From an uncultured Chloroflexia bacterium (lineage in GTDB: Bacteria > Chloroflexota > Limnocylindria > Limnocylindrales > CSP1-4), in the NCBI GenBank assembly GCA_963707215.1, contig CAVPPB010000003.1, positions 672,001 to 736,000 on the forward strand: a stretch of 64,000 nt of DNA, written 5' to 3'. A model generated the notes under the pieces. It searched no databases, was not told the DNA's origin, and saw only the letters and a program-made list of their open reading frames with translations. Positions 38,682 through 51,426 of this stretch are shown here, piece after piece (within the stretch, counting starts at the first letter, position 1; each line of letters begins with the position of its first letter). The position numbers and the translations under genes are program-made.

Positions 38682-40306
38682 GCCTCACCTCTCGGTCCGG
38701 GGACGCCGTCGCCACCAGTGTCCCACCCGGCGGCCTCTCGCAGTCGGGCGACCACGAAGCCCGGATCGAGGCTGGCCAGCAGCCAGCCGGCCCGCGGCCC
38801 GTTCGTCCGGCCCAGGAAGGCCAGGTACAGTGCCCCGAAGGCCCGGCCGGCCGGCAGGGCCGCCTCCGTCGCGACCGAGAAGATGCGGGCCTGCCAGGCC
38901 TCGCCGCTGCCGGGTGGCTCCTTCTCGGCAGCGAGGGCAAGCGCCCCCAGGTAGAGCCGCTGGTCCTCACCGAGGGCCGCGGCAGCACGGGGCAGGCGTT
39001 CCTGGACCGCGACCCGGGTCCGCTCCGGGGCGTACGTCTCGAGCCAGCGCTCGGCGGCGACGACACGCTCCCGCAGGATGGCCGTCTCGCGGTCGGTGAG
39101 GGCCGAGCCCTTCTCCGCCTCGACCCGCTCGGTGACGTCGACGCCCGGGACCTGGGCGAGCAGCGCCAGGTGCCCGAAGGCCGGTCGATAGGCTGCCGCC
39201 TCGGCAGCCACGTCCGCCGAGGGGCGCAGCAACGAGTAGCGGAAGACATGCTCATAGCCGGCCGGCAGCTCGCCCTTGACCTCCCGGCCGTCCGTCGCGG
39301 CCGCAAGGCGGTCGAACTCGTCGAAGAGCCGGGGGATGGCATCGGTGCCCTCCGGATCGAACTCGATGGCCTGGTTCGGCCGCGGTCGGACGAACAGCAG
39401 GCGGAGCTGTTCGGGAGGGACCACCTCGGCGATCCGGTGGGCCGCGGCGCCCCGGCCCTTGGACGTCGACATCTTGCGGCCGCCGATGTTCAGGAACTCG
39501 TAGGGCACGTTCAGCGGTGGCTCGCGCTCGAAGACCTCTCGGGCGATGGCGTCGGAGCGGTCGCGGGAGCCACCGGCCGTCGAGAGGTCCTTGCCCGAGG
39601 GCTCGATGGTGACCCCGAAGAGGCTCCACTGGGCGGCCCACTCGAGATTCCAGGGGAGCTTCGCCCGACCGCCGAACGGGCTGACCCAACCCGAGTGCCC
39701 GCAGCCACGCGCCCAGGTGACGAGGTCGGGTCGGCACTCGTAGAACACCCGATCGCCGTCCCACCGGGTGACGATCGTCGTCCCGACCTTCCCGCAGGAT
39801 TCGCAGACGACGCCGACCGGGTGCCAGCTCGCCGGATGCTGGACGTTGGCGACCCGTCGGTAGACCTCGCGGACGACGTCCGCACGGTCGAGGGCGGTCC
39901 GGATGAAGGCGTCCATCTGCCCGGTCGGATAGATGTCGCTCATCCAGTAGTAGCGGTCGGGCTCGATCCCGAGGCCGGCGAACGTGTCGATGAACGTCTG
40001 GGCGTGGTGCCGCGCATACGACGCGTGGCAGTCGCCCGCCTGGTCCGGCACGTGAGCGAGCGGGCGACCCATCTCTTGGTCGACCGCGTCCGGCGTCAGG
40101 AGCGCCTGGGCATCCATGGGGTCCATGTCGTCGACCCCGTAGAGGAGCGTCGTCTCCATCCCACGCGCCCGCAGGGCGCGGGTGATGACGTCGAGGATGA
40201 CCGGCCCCCGGAGGCTGCCGACATGGACGGTGCCGGATGGCGTCTTGCTGTCGTTGACGACCTGTGGCCCGACCGCCCCCGCGGCGAGCTCATCCGCCCA
40301 TTCCAT
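38678..40306 (-). CDS. lysS: Lysine--tRNA ligase, class I
   Basis: TPSGTVHVGS, KLPW, GKD, YEFL and KMSTSKG motifs; zinc-ribbon Cys pairs. Confidence 0.93.
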   Translation of the reverse strand: MEWADELAAGAVGPQVVNDSKTPSGTVHVGSLRGPVILDVITRALRARGMETTLLYGVDDMDPMDAQALLTPDAVDQEMGRPLAHVPDQAGDCHASYARHHAQTFIDTFAGLGIEPDRYYWMSDIYPTGQMDAFIRTALDRADVVREVYRRVANVQHPASWHPVGVVCESCGKVGTTIVTRWDGDRVFYECRPDLVTWARGCGHSGWVSPFGGRAKLPWNLEWAAQWSLFGVTIEPSGKDLSTAGGSRDRSDAIAREVFEREPPLNVPYEFLNIGGRKMSTSKGRGAAAHRIAEVVPPEQLRLLFVRPRPNQAIEFDPEGTDAIPRLFDEFDRLAAATDGREVKGELPAGYEHVFRYSLLRPSADVAAEAAAYRPAFGHLALLAQVPGVDVTERVEAEKGSALTDRETAILRERVVAAERWLETYAPERTRVAVQERLPRAAAALGEDQRLYLGALALAAEKEPPGSGEAWQARIFSVATEAALPAGRAFGALYLAFLGRTNGPRAGWLLASLDPGFVVARLREAAGWDTGGDGVPGPRGEA

Positions 40307-40341
40307 GGCGCCCTCCGGTCCGGCGGCCCGCCCGGCCGAAG

Positions 40342-40806
40342 TCAGGCGATGCGGACGATCTTGTAGCTGAAGTCACCGGCCGGGACGCGGACGACGACGG
40401 TGTCGCCCTTCTTGCGTCCCAGCAGGGCCCGACCGACCGGGGATTCGTTGGAGATACGGCCTTCGGCGGGCCGGGCCTCGGCGGAGCCGACGATGGTGAA
40501 GACCTCCTGGCCGTCGTCGCCCTTGACCGTGACGGTCGAGCCGACCGACACGTGGTCGGTCCCGTGGTTCTCGTCGATGATCGTCGCCGACTTCAGGAGC
40601 GTCTCCAGCGTGGCGATGCGGCCCTCGACGAAGGCCTGCTCGTTCTTGGCCTCCTCGTACTCCGCGTTCTCGGTCAGGTCCCCGTGCTCCTTGGCCTCGC
40701 TGATCCGCTGGGCGACCTGCGGGCGACGGACACTGAGCATCTCGTCGAGCTCACCTCGGAGCTTCTCGGCGCCTTCTCGGGAGAGGTACGTCGGCTTGGC
40801 GTTCAC
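40342..40806 (-). CDS. greA: Transcription elongation factor GreA
   Basis: HGDLTENAEYEEAK, ISNESPVGRALLG. Confidence 0.96.
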   Translation of the reverse strand: MNAKPTYLSREGAEKLRGELDEMLSVRRPQVAQRISEAKEHGDLTENAEYEEAKNEQAFVEGRIATLETLLKSATIIDENHGTDHVSVGSTVTVKGDDGQEVFTIVGSAEARPAEGRISNESPVGRALLGRKKGDTVVVRVPAGDFSYKIVRIA

Positions 40807-40868
40807 GTGATCAGGTCCCCTGCTTGGCGACGGGTCCCGGACCTCGGTCCCCGCACCGGTGGGTCGAT

Positions 40869-40918
40869 AAGCAAAGAACTCCAGGCGATCCGCGCTGCCG
40901 GATCCGCACCTGAAGTTC
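40869..40918 (-). terminator. Terminator-like hairpin inside the greA 5' leader
   Basis: GAACTTCAGGTG...CGCCTGGAGTTC followed by TTTGCTT. Confidence 0.6.
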
Positions 40919-40928
40919 GGCCCGCGGA

Positions 40929-40957
40929 ATGGTAGCCCGGGGCCCCTTGGGCGTCAA
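40929..40957 (-). promoter_or_regulatory. sigma70-type promoter of greA-lysS-serS
   Basis: TTGACG-N17-TACCAT. Confidence 0.7.
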
Positions 40958-40976
40958 ACGAGCGAGTGGTCCGTCG

Positions 40977-41441
40977 CTACTCCCCTATCTCGGCCAGGCG
41001 CCGCCTGAGGCGGGCGAGCGAGCGCCGGTCAGGCGTGGCCACGAAGACCGTGTCGTCGCCGGCGATCGAGCCCACGACCTCGGGCCAGCGCGCCCGATCG
41101 AGCGCGGCCGCGATCGGGTGAGCCGACCCTGGCAGGGTCCGGATGACGATCGTCAGGCCCGACTCGCGGATGTCGGCCGGCAGGTCGCGCATGAGGGCCC
41201 GCAGGCGATCCTCCCCGGTCGTCTCGGCCTCGCGCAGCCGGGCCGGCAGGGCGTAGGCCTGGGTCCCCTCGCGGGCGACCTTGACCAGGCCGAGCTCGGA
41301 CACGTCCCGGCTGATGGTCGCCTGCGTCGTCCGGAAGCCTCGCTCGCGGAGGGCCGCCGCGAGCTCCTGCTGCGTCCGCAGGACGCGCTGGTCGACGAGG
41401 TCGCGGATCGCCCGCTGGCGGAGCTGCTTCATCACCTCCAT
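40977..41441 (-). CDS. argR: Arginine repressor
   Basis: TQATISRD..ELGLVK, RTLPGSA and GSIAGDDT motifs. Confidence 0.95.
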   Translation of the reverse strand: MEVMKQLRQRAIRDLVDQRVLRTQQELAAALRERGFRTTQATISRDVSELGLVKVAREGTQAYALPARLREAETTGEDRLRALMRDLPADIRESGLTIVIRTLPGSAHPIAAALDRARWPEVVGSIAGDDTVFVATPDRRSLARLRRRLAEIGE

Positions 41442-41450
41442 CGGTCCAGC

Positions 41451-42278
41451 CTACGGTGCCAGGAACCAGGCGAGGATGACGGCCGCCAGCACGAGCCGGT
41501 AGACGACGAACGGCGTCAGGCTGTGGACGGCTACCCAGCGCAGGAGCAGATGGATGGCCCCCAGCCCGGACAGGAAGGCGGCCAGCATCCCGGCGGCCAG
41601 GGGGACGGGGTCGACGGATGCGGAACCGCCGTCACGGATCAGCCCGAAGGTCTCGTACGCGCCGGCGAGGGCGATGATCGGCGCCGCCATCAGGAAGCTG
41701 AAGCGAGCCGCCGACGGCCGGTCGAGCCCGACCGCGAGGCCGGCCGAGATCGAGATGCCCGAGCGACTCACCCCCGGCACCAGGGCGATAGCCTGGGCGA
41801 CCCCGATGACGAGGGCCCCCGGCAAGCGCAAGCCCGAGAGGCCCAGACGCTTCGACCCCCACCGATCGGCCAGCCAGAGGATGGCCGCGCCCAGGACCAG
41901 CATCGCCGCGACCACGCCCGGCTGCCGGGCGCTGGCCTCGATCGCGTCACCGAGAAGCAAGCCGGCGATGACGGCGGGGATGACCGTGGCGGCGATGAGC
42001 CAGGCCAGCCGACGGTCCGGGTCGCCGGCGAAGGAGCGGTCCCGGAGCACTGCCAGGCCGGCCGGGACGAGCCGCAGCCAGTCCGCCCGGAAGTAGACCA
42101 GCAGGGCGCCCAGGGTCCCGAGGTGGAGCATGACCGAGAAGGCCAGCGACTCGAGGAACGCGTCGTCCCAGCCGAGCATGGCCGGCAGGACCACGAGGTG
42201 GCCCGAGCTGGAGATCGGCAGGAACTCGGTCAGTCCCTGGACGACCCCGAGGACGATGGCCTGGACGATGGTATCCAT
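41451..42278 (-). CDS. uppP: Undecaprenyl-diphosphate phosphatase
   Basis: QGLTEFLPISSSGHL, PGVSRSG. Confidence 0.95.
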   Translation of the reverse strand: MDTIVQAIVLGVVQGLTEFLPISSSGHLVVLPAMLGWDDAFLESLAFSVMLHLGTLGALLVYFRADWLRLVPAGLAVLRDRSFAGDPDRRLAWLIAATVIPAVIAGLLLGDAIEASARQPGVVAAMLVLGAAILWLADRWGSKRLGLSGLRLPGALVIGVAQAIALVPGVSRSGISISAGLAVGLDRPSAARFSFLMAAPIIALAGAYETFGLIRDGGSASVDPVPLAAGMLAAFLSGLGAIHLLLRWVAVHSLTPFVVYRLVLAAVILAWFLAP

Positions 42279-42323
42279 GGGTCGACGGCCGGCCGCGGTC
42301 GCCCGCGGTCGGCCGTCCCCTCG

Positions 42324-44528
<2,205 letters not shown>

Positions 44529-44843
44529 AGGCTGGTTCGACGATCCTCCCAGTGTTCGATCGACCCGGCTCGGCGCACGGGAAAGGGCGTCTGGCGCGAG
44601 GTGGCACCGACCACGCGAAATGGCCTGCCCGGCCGGGGACGAAGGTCGGTCGCAGACCGCGGCGGAGTGTACCACGGCACCATCGGGGTCAGTCGCGGCA
44701 CGCCGGTCGAGGACGGTCGTCAGCGGGCAGGCTCGACGCCACCCGGACCGGGCCGATCGCGCCGGCCTATACTGCCGCCCCGTGACCGAGTCCCCGAGCC
44801 GCCGGTCCGATCGCTCCCGCGGCACGGCCGTGCCGTCCCCGTC

Positions 44844-45506
44844 GTGAGCTGGCCGGTCCCGATCCTCTTCGTCCTCGCCATGCTGGTCGTCGCCGGCGCG
44901 CTCGTCGCCCTGGCGTCGAGGGATCGGCAACTCGCCGTCCTCGGCCTGGCGGGCGCCCTGGCGCTGTCGCCGCTGGTCGTCGATCCGCTGCCCGATCCGC
45001 TCATCGTCGCCATCCGGATCGTCGCCGCCGCCCTGGCCGCCTACCTGGTCCGCATCCCTCTCCGCGATGCACCCTCGGGGATCGGCTCGCGGCTCGGCTG
45101 GCCGGCCGAGGCTGGCGCGGCTGGCGCGGCCTTCGTCGCCGGCCTGGCCGCGAGCGCCGCCGGGATGACCGGTGATGGCCCGGCTGCGGCGACCGCGGCC
45201 GCCTTCGGGGTCGGCGCCCTGACCGTCGTCCCGCTCATCGATCGACGCGACGCCGCCCGGACCGGGATCGCTCTCCTGCTGGCGGTGACGAGCGCCGACC
45301 TGTTCCGGGTCGGCCTGGCCGATCCGGGGACCCCCGGTTCGCTGACGGTCGGCGCGGCCTCGGTCGCCCTGGCCACAGCCATCGCCGCCATGCTGATCGC
45401 CAGCCGGGCACGGGCCCCGCTGCCAGCCGCCGCGCCGGTCGACGCGGAGATGGACGGTGCCCCGCTCGGATCGCCGGCGGACCCGGGGCTCGAGCCCGAC
45501 CGATGA
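44844..45506 (+). CDS. Hypothetical multi-pass membrane protein
   Basis: About 6-7 hydrophobic segments; 4-nt overlap with the next gene. Confidence 0.65.
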   Translation: MSWPVPILFVLAMLVVAGALVALASRDRQLAVLGLAGALALSPLVVDPLPDPLIVAIRIVAAALAAYLVRIPLRDAPSGIGSRLGWPAEAGAAGAAFVAGLAASAAGMTGDGPAAATAAAFGVGALTVVPLIDRRDAARTGIALLLAVTSADLFRVGLADPGTPGSLTVGAASVALATAIAAMLIASRARAPLPAAAPVDAEMDGAPLGSPADPGLEPDR

Positions 45507-46981
45507 CCCTGTTCGTCGTCCTCCTGGTGGCCGCCGCCGGCGTCGTCGCCGCCTGGGTGACCAGGGACCGCCGCCGGGCGGGCCATGTCGTCGGACTCGT
45601 TGCGCTGGCCGCGACGGCGTTGGCCGTGGCCGCGATCTCGCCCGGCTCCAGCGTCGAGATCACCGGCATCACCTTCGTCTCGAGCCCGTACGCCCGACTG
45701 CTCCTGGCCCTCGTGGCCACCAGCGGTCTCCTCCTGGCCGGCATCGCCGCGGTCGCCGGCGACGATCGATCTCCGGCCGTCGCCTGGCTGGCGGTCGTGG
45801 CGGCCGGGTTGATCGGGCTGACGACCCCGAGTCCCGTTCCCGGGACCTGGGCGATCCTGGCGGCCGGGGCGATGGCCCTGGCCCTGCCGATCGCGGCCAT
45901 CGCCGGACGGAACGTCGCCGCCTCGCTTCTGACGGCCCTGACCGCGGCCGTGGTCGGCGCCGTCCTGGTCGTCGTCGCGATGGCGATCGGGACCGCCCAG
46001 CTCCACCTTCCCGATCCGGACGCCGGCGTCATGGCGCTCGCGGTAGTGGGGGTCGTCGTCGCCGTCGCCATCCGTGGCGCGGTGGTCCCGTTCCACCGCT
46101 GGGCTCCGCCCATCACCGACATCTCCTCGGGCCCCATCGTCGCTGCCCTCGTCGGGGCGCTGCCCGCGCTGGCCACTGTGCTGGCGCTGACCTGGCTCGA
46201 CCAGGAGGTGACGCCGCTCCTGCTGCCGCTGGAGGCCGCGCGCGCCCTCGTGCTCGTGGTCGCCCTCGGGGCCATGCTCCTGTCGGCGGTGGCAGCCTGG
46301 ATCCAGGACGACCTGGGGCACGTCGCGGTGTACCTCCTGGGGCACGGGACCGCCGTCGCCATCCTCGGCCTCGGCGCCCTTGACCCGGCGGCCTGGGAGG
46401 CTACGCGGACCTGGGCTCTGGCATCCATCGGGACGGCGGCCGGGCTCCTGGCCTGGCTGACGGTGATGGAAGGGCGCTACCGGAGTCGCCGACTGCCCGA
46501 CCTGAGGGGCTGGGTGCGTCGATCGCCGCTCCTCGCCTTCGTGCTCGGGCTCGTCGCGGTGGCGACCATCGGGGTCCCCGGCATGGCGGTCTTCGAGGCT
46601 CGCCTGTCCCTCGTCGAGCTCACGGACCAGCCCCTCGTGAGGCTTGCCGGCATGCTCGCGATCGCCGCTCCGCTGCTGGCGATCGGCCGGATCCTGGTCG
46701 TCGGAGCGGACATCCAGTCGGCCGCGGTACGGGGCGCCGCGGAGGAGCGTCCCCGGCGGCCCGAGGGACCCCTGGGGCTCGACGGACTGCGCGCCACGGT
46801 AGCGCTGAACCGGGCGCCGCTCGCCTCGATCCTGGCGCTCGTCCTCGCCCTCGGATCCGTGCTCGTGTCGACCGGGGTCTTCGACCTGGCTTCGGCTGCG
46901 GCCGGCGACCCACCGTCGTCGACGCCGGCGCTCGCCCCCGGGGATGGCGCCGGAGGCCCCGGCCCGGACGAGACGCCCTAG
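45503..46981 (+). CDS. Proton-conducting antiporter-like membrane subunit (divergent NuoN/MrpD family)
   Basis: AIRGAVVPFHRWAP, AWIQDDL, LRGWVRRSP and TIGVPGMAVF resemble Proton_antipo_M motifs. Confidence 0.7.
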   Translation: MTLFVVLLVAAAGVVAAWVTRDRRRAGHVVGLVALAATALAVAAISPGSSVEITGITFVSSPYARLLLALVATSGLLLAGIAAVAGDDRSPAVAWLAVVAAGLIGLTTPSPVPGTWAILAAGAMALALPIAAIAGRNVAASLLTALTAAVVGAVLVVVAMAIGTAQLHLPDPDAGVMALAVVGVVVAVAIRGAVVPFHRWAPPITDISSGPIVAALVGALPALATVLALTWLDQEVTPLLLPLEAARALVLVVALGAMLLSAVAAWIQDDLGHVAVYLLGHGTAVAILGLGALDPAAWEATRTWALASIGTAAGLLAWLTVMEGRYRSRRLPDLRGWVRRSPLLAFVLGLVAVATIGVPGMAVFEARLSLVELTDQPLVRLAGMLAIAAPLLAIGRILVVGADIQSAAVRGAAEERPRRPEGPLGLDGLRATVALNRAPLASILALVLALGSVLVSTGVFDLASAAAGDPPSSTPALAPGDGAGGPGPDETP

Positions 46982-47060
46982 CCGCTCTCGCGTGGCCGAC
47001 CGGCGGCACGCGAAGCGCCGGGTCGACCGGGACGCCGGGCGGCAGGCTGTCGGGCGGCGC

Positions 47061-47531
<471 letters not shown>

Positions 47532-47604
47532 TCGATCTCCGGTCCTGAAGGTAGGTCGGCGGAAGGGTACCGCAGGCAGCCGGCGCCGCGACCGGACGAG
47601 CGCC

Positions 47605-48555
47605 TCAGGAGCCGCGGGAAGCGGGGTCGTCGACCGCCGGATCGGCGACGGACCGGTCGCCGTGCTCCTCGGTCGGCCCACTCCTGCCTGCGCCGGCCTG
47701 GTCCGGGAGGGTCCCGAGGATGGTGGCGGCAAGGTCGGGCCGATCGCGGATCAGCTCCGCCAGCCGACGGGCGGCTTCGTGATGGTCGCCGACCGCCAGT
47801 GCCTCGCGAGCGGCCGCGAGGTCGTCGTCCGACGGCGCGGCGGTGGGGGCACCGCCGGCGGCGAGCTCCGGTCCCGCGGCGACGTCGGGGGCGCCGATGA
47901 CATCGAGCGACCCGGCGACCTCTCGGGCCTCGGGCTCCCACAGACCGGGCTGTCCGGCGACGTCCGGCGGGATGGCTCCGGGCAGGTCCTCGTCCACGGC
48001 ATGGGCCTCGTCCACGGCATGGGCCTCGAGGGCCGCCGGCCCAGACGCGACGGCTCCCAGGAAGGCATCCTCGCTGGCTCTCCGGGTCGACGGCTCGTCC
48101 CCGAAGAGCGCCCCGGCCGGCACTGGCACGCTGTACCGGTCGCCGGGCCAGATCGCGCTCCGGGGCATGCCGGCGAAGAGCGAGTCCAGGTCCTCGCCGA
48201 CCAGTTCGATCGTCCGTGCCGCGAGCCGTCGCGCCTCTCCGTACCGGGCGCCCACCGCGGCCGCCTCCGCTGCGATCGCCAGTGCGACCGGTTCCTCACG
48301 GCCGCTGTCGAGGTAGGTCTCGGCGGCGACCCCGGCCCCCCCGAGGTCACCGGTCCGCCAGCGCGCCTCTGCCAGGTCGAGCAGGGCGTCCGGGTCGAGC
48401 GAACCGACGCCGGCGAACGCCTCGAGCTCGGCCCGGGCAAGGTCGAGCGAGCCCATCCGAAGATGGATGCGAGCGAGCCGCAGGTCGGTCGGTCGGCCAT
48501 CCGTGTCGACCGAGCCGGACAGGCCCAGCTCCGCCCGGAGCTCGGGCCCGCTCAT
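47605..48555 (-). CDS. Hypothetical protein with TPR-like helical segments and an acidic low-complexity linker
   Basis: LARIHLRMG...[14 protein letters not shown]; 4-nt overlap with the peptidase stop. Confidence 0.65.
   Translation of the reverse strand: MSGPELRAELGLSGSVDTDGRPTDLRLARIHLRMGSLDLARAELEAFAGVGSLDPDALLDLAEARWRTGDLGGAGVAAETYLDSGREEPVALAIAAEAAAVGARYGEARRLAARTIELVGEDLDSLFAGMPRSAIWPGDRYSVPVPAGALFGDEPSTRRASEDAFLGAVASGPAALEAHAVDEAHAVDEDLPGAIPPDVAGQPGLWEPEAREVAGSLDVIGAPDVAAGPELAAGGAPTAAPSDDDLAAAREALAVGDHHEAARRLAELIRDRPDLAATILGTLPDQAGAGRSGPTEEHGDRSVADPAVDDPASRGS
47989..48028. repeat. 18-bp tandem duplication (EAHAVD x2) in the linker
   Basis: ctcgtccacggcatgggc repeated twice. Confidence 0.8.
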
Positions 48556-49819
48556 GCAGGCAGCCTGAGCCGGCGGTCCAGACCCCGCCCACGTCGCGGC
48601 GGCGCCACGACGGCCAGTCGAAGGCCCTCGTCCCGGAACAGCTCCCCGGCCAGGCGGCGGACGTCCTCGGCCGTGACCGCCTCGATCGCCACCAGGGCAT
48701 CCTCCAGGGTGAGCACCCGCTCATGAAGGGCTTCCTGGCCACCGAACCAGCTCGCCAGATGACGGGTGTCGTCCATCCGTAGCTCGAGGCCGCCGGACAG
48801 ATAGGCCTTGGCCTTGTGCAGCTCGTCCTCGGGGACCGCCTCCTCTCGGAGCCGGGCGAGCTCCGCGAGGATGGCGTCGAGGGCCGGACCAAGGTGATCC
48901 GGATCGACCCCGGCCGAGACCTCGAGCGCCCCGGCATCGGCATAGTCGAGGACGCCCGAGGACACGTCATAGGCGAGGGCCCGCTCCTCCCGGAGCGACA
49001 GGAACAGACGGCTGCTCATCCCGTCGCCCAGGATGACGTTGAGGAGCCCCAGGACCCAGGCCTCCGGGTGGTCCCGTCGCAAGGCAGGCACACCGACCAC
49101 CAGCTGGGCCTGGGCTGTGTCACGGTGGCCCAGGCGGTAGCGCTCGCCGGCAGGCAACTCCGGGGCCGCAACATACCCGGGGATCGGGCCGTTGCCCGAG
49201 CCGAAGGCTCGCCCGACGAGCTCGACGGCCTCCTCGTGGTCGAGGTCGCCGGCGACGGCGATGACCGTGTTGGCCGGCCGGTAGAGGACCGACCAGAAGT
49301 CGCGGATGGCCGCCTGGGCATCCCCCGGATCGAATCCTCGTCGCCGCAGATCTCGCGGCCCAGCGGGCCATCGCCGAACATCGCCCCCTGGAAGAGGATG
49401 TGGGCGTACTCGACGGGGTCATCGAGGTAGGAGCGGATCTCCTCGATGATGACCGTCCGCTCCTGGTCGATCTCGTGGTCGGCCAGCACCGGCCGGACGA
49501 CCAGCTCGCCGAGGACGTCCATGCCGCGGGCCATCTCCCGGCGCGGCACGCGGACCCAGTAGACGGTCGATTCGCGGTCGGTCGCCGCGTTGAAGGAGCC
49601 GCCCACGCCCTCGATCGCTTCGGCGATCGCCCGACTGCTGGGATAGCCGGCCGTCCCCTTGAAGGTGATGTGCTCCATGAAATGGGCGACGCCGGCCTGC
49701 TCGCGGGTCTCCAGCCGGGACCCTGCGAGCACGTAGGCGGCCATCGACACGGAGCGGGCTCCGGGGTGCCGGGCGCTGATGACGCGCGGCCCCTCCGGCA
49801 GCGCGGTCCGTACGTACAT
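48552..49819 (-). CDS. M16 (pitrilysin) family zinc peptidase, with a 1-nt frameshift near 49315
   Basis: AHFMEHITFKGT, FNAAT; the C-half (YRPANTVIAVAGD, LGDGMSSRLF..LRE) is in another frame. Confidence 0.9.
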
Positions 49820-49914
49820 CGGAGCGGATGGTACCGGAACGGTGGGGTGCCGCCCGGACGAAGAGCGGCCGGCGCCGTCGGGGGTCCGGCGCCGGCCGCA
49901 GGATGGATGCGAGC

Positions 49915-51318
49915 CTAGAGGTTGAAGGTCTGCTCCAGCCAGGGGACCGCGAAGTAGATGACGAAGGCGAACGAGACGATCCAGAGCAGCGGATGGACCT
50001 CGCTGGCCTTGCCGCGGACGGTCTTCAGGAACACGAAGGTGATGAAGCCGGCCGCGATGCCATCGGTGATCGAGTAGGTCAGCGGCATGACGATCAGGGT
50101 CGCCAGGGCCGGGAAGAGATCATCGATCTCGCCCCACTCGATGTCCTTGGCGATCGTGAACATCAGGTAGCCGACGATCACCAGGGCCGCGGCGGTCGCC
50201 TGGCCCGGGACGATCGCCACGACCGGGGCGAACAGGATCGCCGCCAGGAAGAGGACCCCGACCGTGATCGCCGTGAGGCCGGTCCGACCGCCGTCGGAGA
50301 CGCCGGCCGCCGACTCGATGTAGGTCGTGTTCGAGCTGGTGGAGAAGAGGCCGCCGAGGATGGCGCCCGCGGAGTCGACCGCCAGGACCCGCCGGATGCC
50401 CGGCAGCCGGCCCTGCTCGTCGACCGCGCCGGCCTGCTCGCCGACGCCGATGACGGTGCCCATCGTGTCGAAGAAGTCGGCCAGCATGAGGCTGAAGACG
50501 ACCAGTCCGACGGTGATCACCGAGGCCGGCGGATCCGTCCAGACCGAGAGCATGTACGACAGCGGAGCCAGGAGCGTCGAGAAGACCGCGCCGTCACCGA
50601 AGTCAGTGATGATGCGATCCGGGATCTGGGCGCTGCCGGGCACGAACCCGGTGGCCTCGGCCCCGAAGAAGGCCGTGAAGACGATCGACAGGATCGTCGC
50701 CGCGACGATGCTGATGAGCAGCGCACCCTTGACCTTGAGGGCCATCAGGGCCAGGGCCACGGCGAGGCCGAAGAGGAACGTAGCGAACGCCGGTGTCGTC
50801 AGGTCGCCGAGGCTGACCGGCGTCCCACCGCCCGCCTGGACGAAGCCGCCGTTGACGAGGCCGATGAAGAGGATGAAGAGGCCGATGCCGACGGCGATCG
50901 CCCGCTTCAGCTCCAGCGGGATCGCGTTCATGATCGTCTCGCGGAGCCCGGTCAGGACGAGGGCCAGGATGATGATGCCTTCCCAGGCGATCACCGCCAT
51001 GGCCTCTTCCCAGGCGAACCCGCGGTTGAGGATCAGGTCGAAGGCGACGACGGCGTTGAGGCCCAGGCCGGCGGCCATCGCGAACGGGTAGTTGGTGACG
51101 AGGCCCATGGCCAGGCAGAGGATCCCGGCGGCCAGGGCCGTCGCCACGATCGTCGGGATGAGCGGCGGCCCGGCGCCCTCGGTCTGGATCGAGAGGATCA
51201 GCGGGTTCACCGCGATGATGTAGGCCATGACCATGAACGTGGTCAGGCCGGCCCGGACCTCCGTGCTCAGGTTGGTGCCCCGCTCCTCGAAGCGGAAATA
51301 GGACGAGATCGCGCTCAC
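49915..51318 (-). CDS. NCS2/AzgA family nucleobase permease
   Basis: EVRAGLTTFMVMAYII.VNP, DFFDTMGT, YIESAAGVSDGGRTG, MPLTYSI. Confidence 0.93.
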   Translation of the reverse strand: MSAISSYFRFEERGTNLSTEVRAGLTTFMVMAYIIAVNPLILSIQTEGAGPPLIPTIVATALAAGILCLAMGLVTNYPFAMAAGLGLNAVVAFDLILNRGFAWEEAMAVIAWEGIIILALVLTGLRETIMNAIPLELKRAIAVGIGLFILFIGLVNGGFVQAGGGTPVSLGDLTTPAFATFLFGLAVALALMALKVKGALLISIVAATILSIVFTAFFGAEATGFVPGSAQIPDRIITDFGDGAVFSTLLAPLSYMLSVWTDPPASVITVGLVVFSLMLADFFDTMGTVIGVGEQAGAVDEQGRLPGIRRVLAVDSAGAILGGLFSTSSNTTYIESAAGVSDGGRTGLTAITVGVLFLAAILFAPVVAIVPGQATAAALVIVGYLMFTIAKDIEWGEIDDLFPALATLIVMPLTYSITDGIAAGFITFVFLKTVRGKASEVHPLLWIVSFAFVIYFAVPWLEQTFNL

Positions 51319-51426
51319 GCGCCACTCCCTCCTGCGAGCCGTCCCTCCACGGCCCACGCTCCGCCGGATCCGCCCGGTGGTCCGGCCGACCTCCCTCGTC
51401 TGCGCCGTCGAACGACGGCGCGGCCG

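Noticed and set aside
40977-41441. ArgR controlling a local arginine regulon
   Set aside because: No arg genes and no recognisable ARG boxes in the window
51319-51426. Purine riboswitch upstream of the NCS2 permease
   Set aside because: Only a simple GC hairpin (GCGCCGTCG-TT-CGACGGCGC); no purine aptamer core motifs recognised
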